A stretch of DNA of 64,000 nucleotides from Myxococcota bacterium (GCA_965140415.1 OZ223209.1:3456001-3520000); one strand, 5' to 3'; shown: positions 30,554-40,588, counted from the stretch's first letter. The notes: generated by a model not told the origin, from the sequence alone. Numbers and translations: made by a program.

Positions 30554-31819
30554 ATGAACGAGAATAGAATTCACGATCAGTTTTCGATAGCCAAAGAACA
30601 GTATTCCGAAATCGGCGTGGATGTCGAAAAAGCAATCACTCGTCTGCAACAAGTGGCAATCAGCCTACATTGTTGGCAAGGCGACGACGTTGGCGGTTTC
30701 GAAAACCCGGATGCCTCTCTTTCCGGTGGCGGAATAGCCGTCACGGGCAACTATCCTGGTAAAGCTCGCACCCCCGATGAACTGCGCCAGGATCTGGAGC
30801 AAACTTATAAACTTATACCTGGCAAACACCGGTTGAACCTACATGCCATATACGGCGATTTCGGTGAGAAGCGTGTCGACCGCAACGAAATCGAACCGAA
30901 ACATTTCGCCACCTGGATCGACTGGGCCAAGCATCGTGAGTTGGCTCTCGATTTCAACGCCACCCTGTTCTCCCATCCCAAGGCGGCAGACGGCTTTACG
31001 CTGAGCCATCGCGACCCGGAAATCCGTGCATTCTGGCAAGAACACGTTCAACGCTGCCGGGAGATTGGCGCCACGATGGGAAGAGAACTGAAGTCGCCCT
31101 GCCTGCACAACCTCTGGATTCCGGACGGCTCCAAGGATTTGACGGTCAGTCGCCTGGAACATCGAGAATACTTAAAACAAAGTCTGCTGGATATTTATGG
31201 TGTAGCGCACCCGAAGGAACACCTGCTGGATAGTGTTGAAAGCAAGCTTTTCGGGATCGGCTCGGAATCATACGTGGTCGGTTCCCACGATTTCTATCTG
31301 GGATGGACCTTAAAGCACGGCCAAATGCTTTGCCTGGATCTCGGTCATTACCATCCGACGGAATCAGTGGCCGACAAACTTTCCGCCTTGCTACCGTTTA
31401 TGGACAGGCTGCTATTGCATGTCAGTCGCCCGGTGCGCTGGGACAGCGACCATGTCGTTATCTTCAACGATGACCTGCGCTACCTGATGGAAGAAATCGT
31501 TCGCGCCGATGCGTTGAGTCGCGTTCACCTTGCGCTGGATTTCTTCGATGCCGAATTGAATCGCATTGGAGCCTGGGTAATCGGTGTACGCGCCACCTTG
31601 AAAGCGTTGCTTTCGGCGCTATTGGAACCCACTGAAGCACTACGAAACTTCGAGAAACAGGGAGATGCGTTTTCGCGACTGGCTCTGTTGGAAGAATACA
31701 AGTCTCTTCCACTTGGCGCGGTGTGGGATGAATATTGCATCAGACAGAACGTCGCCCCGGGATCGTCATGGATGAGCATTGTTAAAGATTACGAAACGCG
31801 TGTGCTATCGAAACGTTAA
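30554..31819 (+). CDS. rhaA: L-rhamnose isomerase
   Basis: SLHCWQGDDV.GFE, TGNYPGKART, ESKLFGIGSESY and HVSRPVRWDSDHV motifs. Confidence 0.97.
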   Translation: MNENRIHDQFSIAKEQYSEIGVDVEKAITRLQQVAISLHCWQGDDVGGFENPDASLSGGGIAVTGNYPGKARTPDELRQDLEQTYKLIPGKHRLNLHAIYGDFGEKRVDRNEIEPKHFATWIDWAKHRELALDFNATLFSHPKAADGFTLSHRDPEIRAFWQEHVQRCREIGATMGRELKSPCLHNLWIPDGSKDLTVSRLEHREYLKQSLLDIYGVAHPKEHLLDSVESKLFGIGSESYVVGSHDFYLGWTLKHGQMLCLDLGHYHPTESVADKLSALLPFMDRLLLHVSRPVRWDSDHVVIFNDDLRYLMEEIVRADALSRVHLALDFFDAELNRIGAWVIGVRATLKALLSALLEPTEALRNFEKQGDAFSRLALLEEYKSLPLGAVWDEYCIRQNVAPGSSWMSIVKDYETRVLSKR

Positions 31820-31838
31820 ACAGATCTAGGGGATTGAA

Positions 31839-32165
31839 TCAGTCGAGGTGGAAGATCTCCGGCAGTTCCAGCATGCTTTCATCTGCATGCGCACCGCCCA
31901 GTGACTCGAAATACGGAGCCATGAAATCCTGCCAGCGCTGATTGATTTCCTCTTTGGCCATGCCATCCAGCGCGACTTGAAAGCTCTCCGGTGTTTCGAA
32001 ATAGCCGAACAGCGTCCCGTCGTCCTTTAAAAACAGTGAGTAATTATGCCAGCCGTGGCGCCGAAGCGCTTCCTGCATCTCTGGCCATACCACCTTGTGA
32101 TGCTCACGGTATTCCTCGAGTCTTTCCTGTCGCACTTTCAACACAAAACCAACGCGTTTCATCAT
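31839..32165 (-). CDS. rhaM: L-rhamnose mutarotase
   Basis: EY..HH..VWPEM, NYSLF, LFGYFE and EIFHLD motifs. Confidence 0.92.
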   Translation of the reverse strand: MMKRVGFVLKVRQERLEEYREHHKVVWPEMQEALRRHGWHNYSLFLKDDGTLFGYFETPESFQVALDGMAKEEINQRWQDFMAPYFESLGGAHADESMLELPEIFHLD

Positions 32166-32180
32166 TTCGCCTTTCAAGAT

Positions 32181-32561
32181 CTACTGAAAGAAGAGTTGTA
32201 ACTGATGGATAAATTCCGGCATTGTCAACGCCGCCATCGCCCCGATTCCGAACAGCGATGCGACAAATAGCAGCAACGCCGAGAACACAAGATGTAGAAT
32301 CGCGATTCCAATGCCACCTAGAAAACCGGTCCCGAGAATCAAAGAGAAACTCATTGCAGAAAATATGAATGCAGCGATACTTCCGAAAACAGGAAGGCTT
32401 AGTCCAAGGGAGTGCATAAAGGTTGCCAGAAGTAATGCGAGGAAGCACCAGCCAAAGCCCGTTCGTTTGGCGCTGACCGCCGCCGCTGCCAGTTTCAACG
32501 GCAACAGCACAAGAAAGAAACCGACGACAAGTACGATCACGGTAGTCAACGTTGCAGTCAT
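32181..32561 (-). CDS. Hypothetical small membrane protein (about 4 TM)
   Basis: 126 aa, hydrophobic, RBS GAGGGG, lies between pepD and rhaM on the same strand. Confidence 0.75.
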   Translation of the reverse strand: MTATLTTVIVLVVGFFLVLLPLKLAAAAVSAKRTGFGWCFLALLLATFMHSLGLSLPVFGSIAAFIFSAMSFSLILGTGFLGGIGIAILHLVFSALLLFVASLFGIGAMAALTMPEFIHQLQLFFQ

Positions 32562-32604
32562 GAGCCCCTCTTCGTTTTATTATGCTCTATAGAACACCAA
32601 GGAA

Positions 32605-34098
32605 CTATCCCTTGGTCAATTCCCCTTTTGCGATAGCGGATAATGTGTCCGCCAGCAATTCCCAGAATCGCTCGACACTGGGAATCCACACGCACTCATC
32701 CGGCGAGTGCGGATTGTTGATTTCCGGTCCGAAGGAAACCATATCCATTCCCTCGAATCGCTCTCCGATCAGACCACATTCCAAACCGGCATGAATAGCG
32801 GTGATAATCGGCTTCTTTTCGTAGCGCTGCTCGAACAATCGTGTCATTAACGCCAGCACCGGGGATTCCATATTGGGTTGCCATCCCGGATAACCATCGC
32901 CACGGCGAGTCTCGGCTCCCGCCAATTTCGCCACCGCTTCATTCTGATCCAACAGCGCGTTAAGCGCGTGACTTTGAGAAGAGCGCGTACTGTTCAGGAC
33001 AAAGAAACGATCATCCTCTATCTTTGCCACCGCTAAACTGTTGGAAGTTTCCACTAGTCCTTTAATATCCTGGCTCATGGCAAACACACCATTGTGTACA
33101 CCAACCAACAGGGATTTTGCAGTAGCTGTCAATTGTGCGCTGAATACACGCTTAACAGCATCGTTAAAAGACACCCCGATTTTGAGATTCTTTTCGTTGG
33201 AGAATTCGGATGCAAACTCGGCCAGCATTGCCTGTACCGTATCGTGAACCAGATTTTCCTGTTCCGCAGGAACGCAGAGTTGCATCCAGCCTTCACGCGG
33301 AATGGCATTGTGGGCGGTGCCAGCATCAAAGTCGGCCAGCCGCAGCCAGTCATCCATGTTTCGCTGTTCACCGATTGCAATCAGGCGTTGCAGGATACGC
33401 CCTAATAGTTTGATAGCATTGCCGCGATTTTCATGGATGTCACAACCGGAATGTCCACCCATCAAGCCTGCCACCATGACTTTCAAACCGACCCAACCGG
33501 CAGGAACCTCTTCCCATTGAATCGGCAAATGGCTGTACAAGTGAGCCCCACCCGCACAACCGACGTACAACATGCCGTCTTCTTCGCTGTCCATGTTGAT
33601 CAAGACGCGCCCCGTCAACAAGCTGGGATCCAATCCCATGGCACCAGTCAAGCCGGTTTCTTCATCCACGGTAAACAGCAGTTCCAATGGACCATGCTCC
33701 AGCGATGAATCCGCCATCGCCGCCAAAGCAGCGGCGACGCCGATACCGTTGTCCGCTCCTAACGTCGTATCCGTGGCGGTAATCCACTCTTCTTTGCGTT
33801 GCATCTGGATGGGGTCATTCATGAAATTGAACGAGGTGTCGCTGTTCTTTTCACAGACCATATCCATATGGCCCTGAAGAATCACTGTCGGCGATGCTTC
33901 GTAACCCTTGGAAGCATTGACAGCCAGACACACATTGCCAGTATCATCCAGCCGTACATTCGCCCCGAACTTTTTACCTTCCTCTATGATAAAATCGCGA
34001 AGAGCATCCTCCCTTTTAGAACAATGCGGGATGTTGCAGATGTGCTGGAAATAGCTCCACAATAAGACCGGCTTCAATCCATCGATCGCACTAGACAT
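32605..34098 (-). CDS. pepD: Aminoacyl-histidine dipeptidase (M20C)
   Basis: LQGHMDMVCEK, TTLGADNGIG, TVDEETGL, GGHSG and IHAGLECG motifs. Confidence 0.95.
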   Translation of the reverse strand: MSSAIDGLKPVLLWSYFQHICNIPHCSKREDALRDFIIEEGKKFGANVRLDDTGNVCLAVNASKGYEASPTVILQGHMDMVCEKNSDTSFNFMNDPIQMQRKEEWITATDTTLGADNGIGVAAALAAMADSSLEHGPLELLFTVDEETGLTGAMGLDPSLLTGRVLINMDSEEDGMLYVGCAGGAHLYSHLPIQWEEVPAGWVGLKVMVAGLMGGHSGCDIHENRGNAIKLLGRILQRLIAIGEQRNMDDWLRLADFDAGTAHNAIPREGWMQLCVPAEQENLVHDTVQAMLAEFASEFSNEKNLKIGVSFNDAVKRVFSAQLTATAKSLLVGVHNGVFAMSQDIKGLVETSNSLAVAKIEDDRFFVLNSTRSSQSHALNALLDQNEAVAKLAGAETRRGDGYPGWQPNMESPVLALMTRLFEQRYEKKPIITAIHAGLECGLIGERFEGMDMVSFGPEINNPHSPDECVWIPSVERFWELLADTLSAIAKGELTKG

Positions 34099-34246
34099 CG
34101 AAGTTCCTTTCTACAGAACAAATACGGAAAAATGCATGAAGCATCTTGAAATAGAATCCGGGAACCGCTTCCCGTGCCGCTATGATACCTCGAAGCACTT
34201 GCAAGTCAACCTCTGTAAGACTTCACATTTCGTTTTTTGCAAAACG

Positions 34247-34281
34247 AAAAACCGCCCCTCCTGGCAAAACAGAAGAGGCGG
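34247..34281 (-). terminator. Intrinsic terminator after the DUF302 gene
   Basis: CCGCCTCTTCTG-TTTTGC-CAGGAGGGGCGG followed by T5 on the minus strand. Confidence 0.8.
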
Positions 34282-34308
34282 CCTAAAATCATTACCAATA
34301 GTAAATGT

Positions 34309-34698
34309 CTACAAAGCGTCTATCGCATTTTGCAATTTTGATGTGATTTCATCTGCCATGGGTTGCATTTCGGGTTTGTCTACAAGCTTGAAGATATCCT
34401 TCGGGCTGGCAATAGATACAACAACGCCATGGTCGTCGTTCTCGTATACAATTACATTGCAAGGCAATAGCAAACCGATGTTCACATCCTGACTGAGTGC
34501 CTGGTGCGCAATCGGCGGATTGCAAGCTCCCAGGATTTTGTAATTGCGGAAATCGACGTTAAGCTTGTTTTTCATGGTCGCTTTCACATCGATTTCGGTA
34601 ATCACTCCGAATCCCTGCGCTTTCAAAGCCTCGCCAACCTTGCTTAAAGCTGTATCGAATTCGACAGCCCCCAAATTCTTCGTCATTGTATGTTCCAT
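34309..34698 (-). CDS. DUF302 domain protein
   Basis: GFGVITEIDV, YKILGACNP and GLLLPCNV motifs. Confidence 0.93.
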   Translation of the reverse strand: MEHTMTKNLGAVEFDTALSKVGEALKAQGFGVITEIDVKATMKNKLNVDFRNYKILGACNPPIAHQALSQDVNIGLLLPCNVIVYENDDHGVVVSIASPKDIFKLVDKPEMQPMADEITSKLQNAIDAL

Positions 34699-34802
34699 TT
34701 TACAGCTCCTTTAAAAAGGGATTGAAGTTATGTCTTTCTGCATTTCTGGATACGAGTAGCAGTCGAATTATTCCAGTTCGCCTCCACAAATACTCCAATC
34801 TC

Positions 34803-37520
34803 TCATTTTTTCGGCGGCAACCTGGAAAGAATCGGTCTAAGTCTCGGGTAAACCTCGGCGAGAGCCGGGATCACCCATTCATATTTTTGGGGAATCTCCA
34901 ATACTGACGGATACTGAAAAGAGTTACTGTATCTCTTGCTCATGTAATAGGAAACACTTAATTTTCCCTTGTTATTTCCATCTTTTGCAATCCGAATCGC
35001 TTTGGAGGGGATTTTGCCGGAGAATGGAAGCCCATTCACTGCATCGAAAAACCATCCTCTTTTTTCAAACTCACCGAGAACCAGAAAAAGCCGACTTTCA
35101 TCTCTCCCATTCGGAGTCAGCAAAAACCTGAAGGTCGTAGCCTGGATGCTTTCCGGCCCCCAAAAGGGACTCTTCATTTTAATCGCTTTGGGATAACTCT
35201 CCCGTTCCCATCTTTGGATGTAACTCATACTACTTTCTCGCTTGCAATCTTCCGTGTTGAGTGAAAACATATGGAAGTTTCCCATTTCCCATACAAATCC
35301 GTTTGTATCGGACTTTGTTTTAAATACCTCATAGAAATCAAAATACTTCCTACTAACCTCCACATCCTGTCGAAAAAGCCAAGGTTCTATAGGTATGATC
35401 ACAACTGCACGCCCTCGCCTGCTTGGTAAAACGATCACTTCTTCCGGCAAGTTGCTTGGCAATTTCTCAGAGGAAACCCTAAGAATCAAAAGATCTCGAT
35501 TATCACCCACAATTTTATCGCAGTTTGCCTTCGGCTCCGGCTCAAACTGAAGTAACCCTTGAATAAAATAAGGTTGGCTGATTGTCCTGACTCGTTTACT
35601 TAACTCCGAATAGCTATACCCTTTTTCATATAGATATGTAGCCACCAATTCAAGATCCGGCATTGTCCAGCGTGTTTTGGCCTCGTGAATAAAAACACCA
35701 ACATTCAACAGGACGAAGTAAGAGAAAAACGCTAACAAAGGGATCACATTCACGACGGGACGGAAGAAATAGCTTGAGGATGCTCCCATCAATAACGCCA
35801 TCCTTGCAATGAGAACCATTGTGAGTCGTGCCGCCAGAATAGACAACCCAGGTAAGACAGGTTGCAGATAATACAAATAGAAGTGATGTCGCTCAATGAC
35901 CGCAAGGCTCACAAGAACAATACACACAGTCAGGGTCACTCCACCTGTGAAAGCCATTGGTCCGATATCACGGTAGTGATTTCTGATTCGGGAACGAAAG
36001 AACACTCCAATCCCAACCAATAGAGTGAAAAAGGATCCCAAGTACGCCAAATAACCATTGAGAGCGAACCATTTTATGTTTGTAATGTTTGCACTTAGAG
36101 ATGTAAACATTGAGAGTTCGGAGAAAATGACAGCTGCGACAAGCGTGGAAAAAAAAGGGCGCTTGGCAAAAAGGATCGTAGTCAATACCAATGCAGGAAA
36201 CAGAATGGAATTGACGATGTGCATTTCCGTTGCGAGAAACAGAGAGAAAGCTGCTAAAATGGCATGAACCATTTTCCCTGTTCGAATATGAAGGAATATA
36301 AATAGGTATACGAGGAAAATGAAAAAGAATGAAATTGTATCATTCCACAAAATGGGATAATTCATAACGATCAGGTTAAAAATTAAAAAGTAAAAAGTAG
36401 CCGTTAGTGCACTGCGGCGAGACAAGAAAAAGATGAAAGTGAAATAACAAAGCATCGCGCCTGCACCATAGACCAGATTGACTAGGATGTGGATCTGGCT
36501 GCTTGTCAATCCAAGTTCAATGCTCCACATAAATAAGTAAACGGGTAAAGCACCCATCTCTATCGTTTTAAATTCGGATCTGGGGCCTGATTGATAACAA
36601 TTGTTATAAACGAGACAATCCTTGGCCCAAATAAAATACTCTGTCGTGTCGTTATACAATGGTGGCTCAAATCCAAGAACAGTCAAAAACAAAAAGACTA
36701 AAAACGCCAGTAGAAAACCCACCCATATATGGTGCCAAATCGTTGTCGAATCCCATTGTGAAACCACATCACCAGAGTAAAATCTAAACCCGAACCAGTA
36801 ATTAAAGCGTTTCCCGATCTCTACAAAACTCTGCGACAATAGTAAGAAATGTCCTGCCAACACTTGTTCAACGTTTTGAACGGTAAGGCGAGATCGAATC
36901 AGCAGAAACAGACAGACAAGAGCAAAATACACGAAAAAAGAGTATGAAATCCAACGAACAGCATGAAATACTTTCGTCATACTTCTTTTTGGAATACTTG
37001 CCAGTTTTTCTCGGACTTCAAACTTCTTAGGCTGGCTCACATCGAAAGTCGGGTTGCGATCGAAACTCGCGCTTGGTTTCCGATTTACCTTCTCACTCAC
37101 AAGTAAAACAAACGGAAAACGGGACTCCCACTCCGAAAGCGTATTACGTACTGATATCAGAAGTTCATCGGGTGGATTCGTCCCTGGAGCCGGCTGTACT
37201 TTATGTGTTCTCGTGCTCCATTGATCGGCTTTTCCAGATTTATTGAATACGACTTCAACGGTAGACGATTGCTTTTGATTTGTACATTGAATGCGCAGGT
37301 ATTCCGGCTTTCGTTTGATCTCGGTGACGGTCCATTGCTGGTCAAATACATCTCCGATAGCAAAGGGGATCCCTTCACTAAATTCATTATCAGCCCAAGC
37401 AGAAACCGCAAATAATGAGATAAAAAGCACACTCACGAACATGCCACATAAGCAACACAACCGCATCCACAAAAAAGACGTGGCTTCGTTTTCCCCCATT
37501 TTTCTTAAACCTGTTACCAT
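34803..37520 (-). CDS. Large multi-pass membrane protein, probable GT-C fold glycosyltransferase with N-terminal exported domain
   Basis: 905 aa; signal peptide (SAWA-D), soluble domain, many TM segments, loop PPLYNDTTEY..AKDC, soluble C-terminal domain. Confidence 0.6.
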   Translation of the reverse strand: MVTGLRKMGENEATSFLWMRLCCLCGMFVSVLFISLFAVSAWADNEFSEGIPFAIGDVFDQQWTVTEIKRKPEYLRIQCTNQKQSSTVEVVFNKSGKADQWSTRTHKVQPAPGTNPPDELLISVRNTLSEWESRFPFVLLVSEKVNRKPSASFDRNPTFDVSQPKKFEVREKLASIPKRSMTKVFHAVRWISYSFFVYFALVCLFLLIRSRLTVQNVEQVLAGHFLLLSQSFVEIGKRFNYWFGFRFYSGDVVSQWDSTTIWHHIWVGFLLAFLVFLFLTVLGFEPPLYNDTTEYFIWAKDCLVYNNCYQSGPRSEFKTIEMGALPVYLFMWSIELGLTSSQIHILVNLVYGAGAMLCYFTFIFFLSRRSALTATFYFLIFNLIVMNYPILWNDTISFFFIFLVYLFIFLHIRTGKMVHAILAAFSLFLATEMHIVNSILFPALVLTTILFAKRPFFSTLVAAVIFSELSMFTSLSANITNIKWFALNGYLAYLGSFFTLLVGIGVFFRSRIRNHYRDIGPMAFTGGVTLTVCIVLVSLAVIERHHFYLYYLQPVLPGLSILAARLTMVLIARMALLMGASSSYFFRPVVNVIPLLAFFSYFVLLNVGVFIHEAKTRWTMPDLELVATYLYEKGYSYSELSKRVRTISQPYFIQGLLQFEPEPKANCDKIVGDNRDLLILRVSSEKLPSNLPEEVIVLPSRRGRAVVIIPIEPWLFRQDVEVSRKYFDFYEVFKTKSDTNGFVWEMGNFHMFSLNTEDCKRESSMSYIQRWERESYPKAIKMKSPFWGPESIQATTFRFLLTPNGRDESRLFLVLGEFEKRGWFFDAVNGLPFSGKIPSKAIRIAKDGNNKGKLSVSYYMSKRYSNSFQYPSVLEIPQKYEWVIPALAEVYPRLRPILSRLPPKK

Positions 37521-37583
37521 ACCAGAAATAACCCCTAATACGAGCCCCCGCTCGTCCCCCGGTTTACAGAAACCATCACCAAA

Positions 37584-39095
37584 TCATTCCCGATCCTTTA
37601 AGAATTTGCGCCCTCCATTCTTGGCAGAACTTAAAATAAATAACAGCGATTTCATAAGTAACCTAAATTCACCACTAGAATTTTGCCACAACATGTATGG
37701 CAATCTTTTACGGATATAACGCAGTACATATCCCGGATTCAAATAGAAGGTTCGATAAAAATGCTTAAAAAATCGTTTAACTTCCTTGTCGTCTACAGCA
37801 GACAAATTTATGGAGAAAGCGTTGTAGTGTGAGAATACCCGATCCGGATCCTGCCCGTTCATGTATTCTATCCACGCCCTTGAACCGGGATAAGGAGTAA
37901 AATAGGCCAACTGGATCATCATTGGTTTCAACTTCAACGCCAACGCAAGAGTTTCTTCCATCTGCTCCAGAGTCTCACCCGGACTACCGATCATGAAATA
38001 CAATGTAAGGTTGATTTTGGTTTTTCTAAGAAGCGCGATATTGTTTTCGATGATGCGGCGGGGAAGCGAATTGCCTTTGATTCGGGCACGCACGTCATCG
38101 TTACCGGATTCGATTCCCATACACAGTCCACGACAACCCGCCTTCTCCATCTTTTCGATCATCGCCTCGGTCAAGGTCGCCATGTGCGTTTGGGCGGTCC
38201 AGTATATTTTCAGACCACGGGAGATAATCTCATCGCATATCGCCAAGGTACGCTCTTCAGAAAGAGAAAACTCATCGTCTTCGAAAGCAAACGCATTGCA
38301 TCCATGCTGCTGCAACAAACTCTCAATCAGATCAGCAACATAGCTTGGAGAATGGCTGCGATAGGTTTGACCACAAGACTTTCGCAATGTTGGAGAACAG
38401 AAGAGACAATCATACGGACAACCTCGACTGCTTAAGATCCATCCCCAACGAACTTTTCCTTTGATCGGCACAAACGAAGATTGCTTGGAATATGCATCGA
38501 GATCGAAAAGATCGTACTTCGGAAACGGCAGAGAATCCAAATCCTCCAGCAGTTGCTGATCGGCATTGTCAACCACACACTGCTCAGACGAATCGTAATA
38601 GCTTAATCCATCGATACTCGACCATTCGCTTTTATTTTCCAAATGGCTGGCCAAACGTGTCAGGATAATTTCCGGTTCTCCACGAACACACGCACAGAAT
38701 CCTACATCCGGTAGCAGTAGACGATGAGGAAAAGCACTAGCGTATTGACCGAATGCAACGACCGGCAGATCGCTTCCCAGCTTTTCATGAATGGCATTGC
38801 AAATAGCGATTGCCCGGTCCCGATTTAACGAATCGACATGGAGTACGATCAACTCCGGTTTCAAATCCGCCAACTCTTCCAGAATTTCTCGATTATTTCG
38901 CGGCTTAGCCCATACATCCATCACCAAGACACGCTGCCCGGACTCTTCAAGACAAGCAGTGGAAATAGCAATACTTAACGGAAGTTGACATTCTTGCGGG
39001 TGGGCAATCAATTCCCCGCCATGCGGCGGCAAACGCAGAAAAACGCACTTAAGCCCTTTTGATCGACCTAATGTATTCTCGTTCACAAAACTCAT
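37584..39095 (-). CDS. B12-binding radical SAM protein (class B methyltransferase-like)
   Basis: N-terminal cobalamin-binding-like domain; RGEPE, SRGCPYDCLFC, DDEF, GIESG, FMIGSPGET and TPYPGS motifs. Confidence 0.92.
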   Translation of the reverse strand: MSFVNENTLGRSKGLKCVFLRLPPHGGELIAHPQECQLPLSIAISTACLEESGQRVLVMDVWAKPRNNREILEELADLKPELIVLHVDSLNRDRAIAICNAIHEKLGSDLPVVAFGQYASAFPHRLLLPDVGFCACVRGEPEIILTRLASHLENKSEWSSIDGLSYYDSSEQCVVDNADQQLLEDLDSLPFPKYDLFDLDAYSKQSSFVPIKGKVRWGWILSSRGCPYDCLFCSPTLRKSCGQTYRSHSPSYVADLIESLLQQHGCNAFAFEDDEFSLSEERTLAICDEIISRGLKIYWTAQTHMATLTEAMIEKMEKAGCRGLCMGIESGNDDVRARIKGNSLPRRIIENNIALLRKTKINLTLYFMIGSPGETLEQMEETLALALKLKPMMIQLAYFTPYPGSRAWIEYMNGQDPDRVFSHYNAFSINLSAVDDKEVKRFFKHFYRTFYLNPGYVLRYIRKRLPYMLWQNSSGEFRLLMKSLLFILSSAKNGGRKFLKDRE

Positions 39096-39378
39096 TAAAC
39101 CACTGTCACCTTCCTAAACGGCCCAGCGTTTACGGAAGCGCCCCTGTTTTTCCCCATTTAATCAATGCCGTTACCCCACGGCATACAATCTCAAGGATAT
39201 CATACTTCGACAACCAATTAGAAATTCGAACTGTTCGCACTTCTTCGATAAATTATTCCCTGTCGAATCTTTTGAAAATTGAGTAACTTATCAGAAAGAA
39301 AATACATAACCTATTGAGACATCGCAATGATTTTCTTGGTTATTATATTAAAAATATAAAAAAAGAGAGCAACCTCTG

Positions 39379-40578
39379 ATGATCCCACGACGACGCATTC
39401 CAGTTTCGATTCAACATGCTTTAGTACTGTTGCAGACTCAACAACGAGACCAGTCTGCAATTACGCTTTTTGAAACAGCCTTGGCAGAGTATCTTGACAT
39501 TAAAGGGGTGGTTTGTTTCCCATCGGGTCGAGCAGCAATGCTGGCAGCAGTCCGCAGCATCCCGAAAAGCACTCGCAAACAAGTTGTACTGCCAGCCTAC
39601 ACATTGGCCACATTAGCCGATCTGATTCGCGCAGAAGGATATGAGGTCGTTTTTGCTGATGTATGCGATCACACCTATAACATCACACCGAAAACGCTTG
39701 AACCGGTGCTGTCGGATCAAACGCATATGGTTATTGTAGCGGATATCTTTGGAAACCCGGCTCCGATTAGAGAACTGCACGAAATGACGAAACGAGCAGG
39801 TGCGTTCCTTCTTGAAGATGCTGCTCATGCCTTAGGAGCGAAGAGATCAGACCAGTCCGTCGGAACCATGGCCGACGCCACCTTTTTCAGTTTCGATACA
39901 ATCAAGCCGGTGTGTGCTTATGGCGGAGGCGCATTGGTTTCAAACGATGAGAATTTGATCGATTGCGTCAAAAAACATGTCCCCACCTTACCGGAACAAA
40001 GTATGACAGTGTGGCGGCGATACGCTTCTAACGTATTGGAAAGATTACTGCAAAAAACGCCAGCCTATCCTCTTGGCATTCGGATGATGAATAATCGCGT
40101 TCTTAGAAACCGGATACTAGACCCATACCTGTTGCATCGCGACACCACTGTACCCGCTGAAGATCGAGGCTGGTTACCCGCGCAAGCCGATATCGCCTTG
40201 CAGCAATTGAAAACGATACAAGAACGAATCGAACGAAAACAAAGGCTAGCTAGGCACATCGAACAGGCCCTCAAAGGACTCATCTCGTTTCAGAAGGAGT
40301 CGCCAGACTCTGAAAGCAACCGGTATTTCCTGGTTGGTATGCCTTCCTTCGATAGCAACGCATTATCCCGTCAGTTGATCAACAGTGGGATCGATGTTGG
40401 CAAACACGAGGAAATCTGCGATTTTGCGCCACCACAGCGTGAAGCTGAATCTTTTCCAAACGCCTGGCGATTATACAACAATGCGCTCCAGTTGCCCTGC
40501 GACGCCAACCTGACGGAATCCCAAGTTCAATTTATGCTGAAAACAATCAGAAAAGTCGTTGAGAAGATTCACAGATAA
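39379..40578 (+). CDS. DegT/DnrJ/EryC1/StrS family PLP-dependent aminotransferase
   Basis: SGRAA, PAYT, EDAAHALG and FSFDTIKP...GGG (Schiff-base Lys) motifs. Confidence 0.9.
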   Translation: MIPRRRIPVSIQHALVLLQTQQRDQSAITLFETALAEYLDIKGVVCFPSGRAAMLAAVRSIPKSTRKQVVLPAYTLATLADLIRAEGYEVVFADVCDHTYNITPKTLEPVLSDQTHMVIVADIFGNPAPIRELHEMTKRAGAFLLEDAAHALGAKRSDQSVGTMADATFFSFDTIKPVCAYGGGALVSNDENLIDCVKKHVPTLPEQSMTVWRRYASNVLERLLQKTPAYPLGIRMMNNRVLRNRILDPYLLHRDTTVPAEDRGWLPAQADIALQQLKTIQERIERKQRLARHIEQALKGLISFQKESPDSESNRYFLVGMPSFDSNALSRQLINSGIDVGKHEEICDFAPPQREAESFPNAWRLYNNALQLPCDANLTESQVQFMLKTIRKVVEKIHR

Positions 40579-40588
40579 GCAAAGGTAG

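Noticed and set aside
39059-39286. 75-aa ORF as a RiPP precursor for the radical SAM enzymes
   Set aside because: Overlaps the B12-rSAM start, has no clear RBS or leader/core pattern, and no RRE, peptidase or exporter is adjacent
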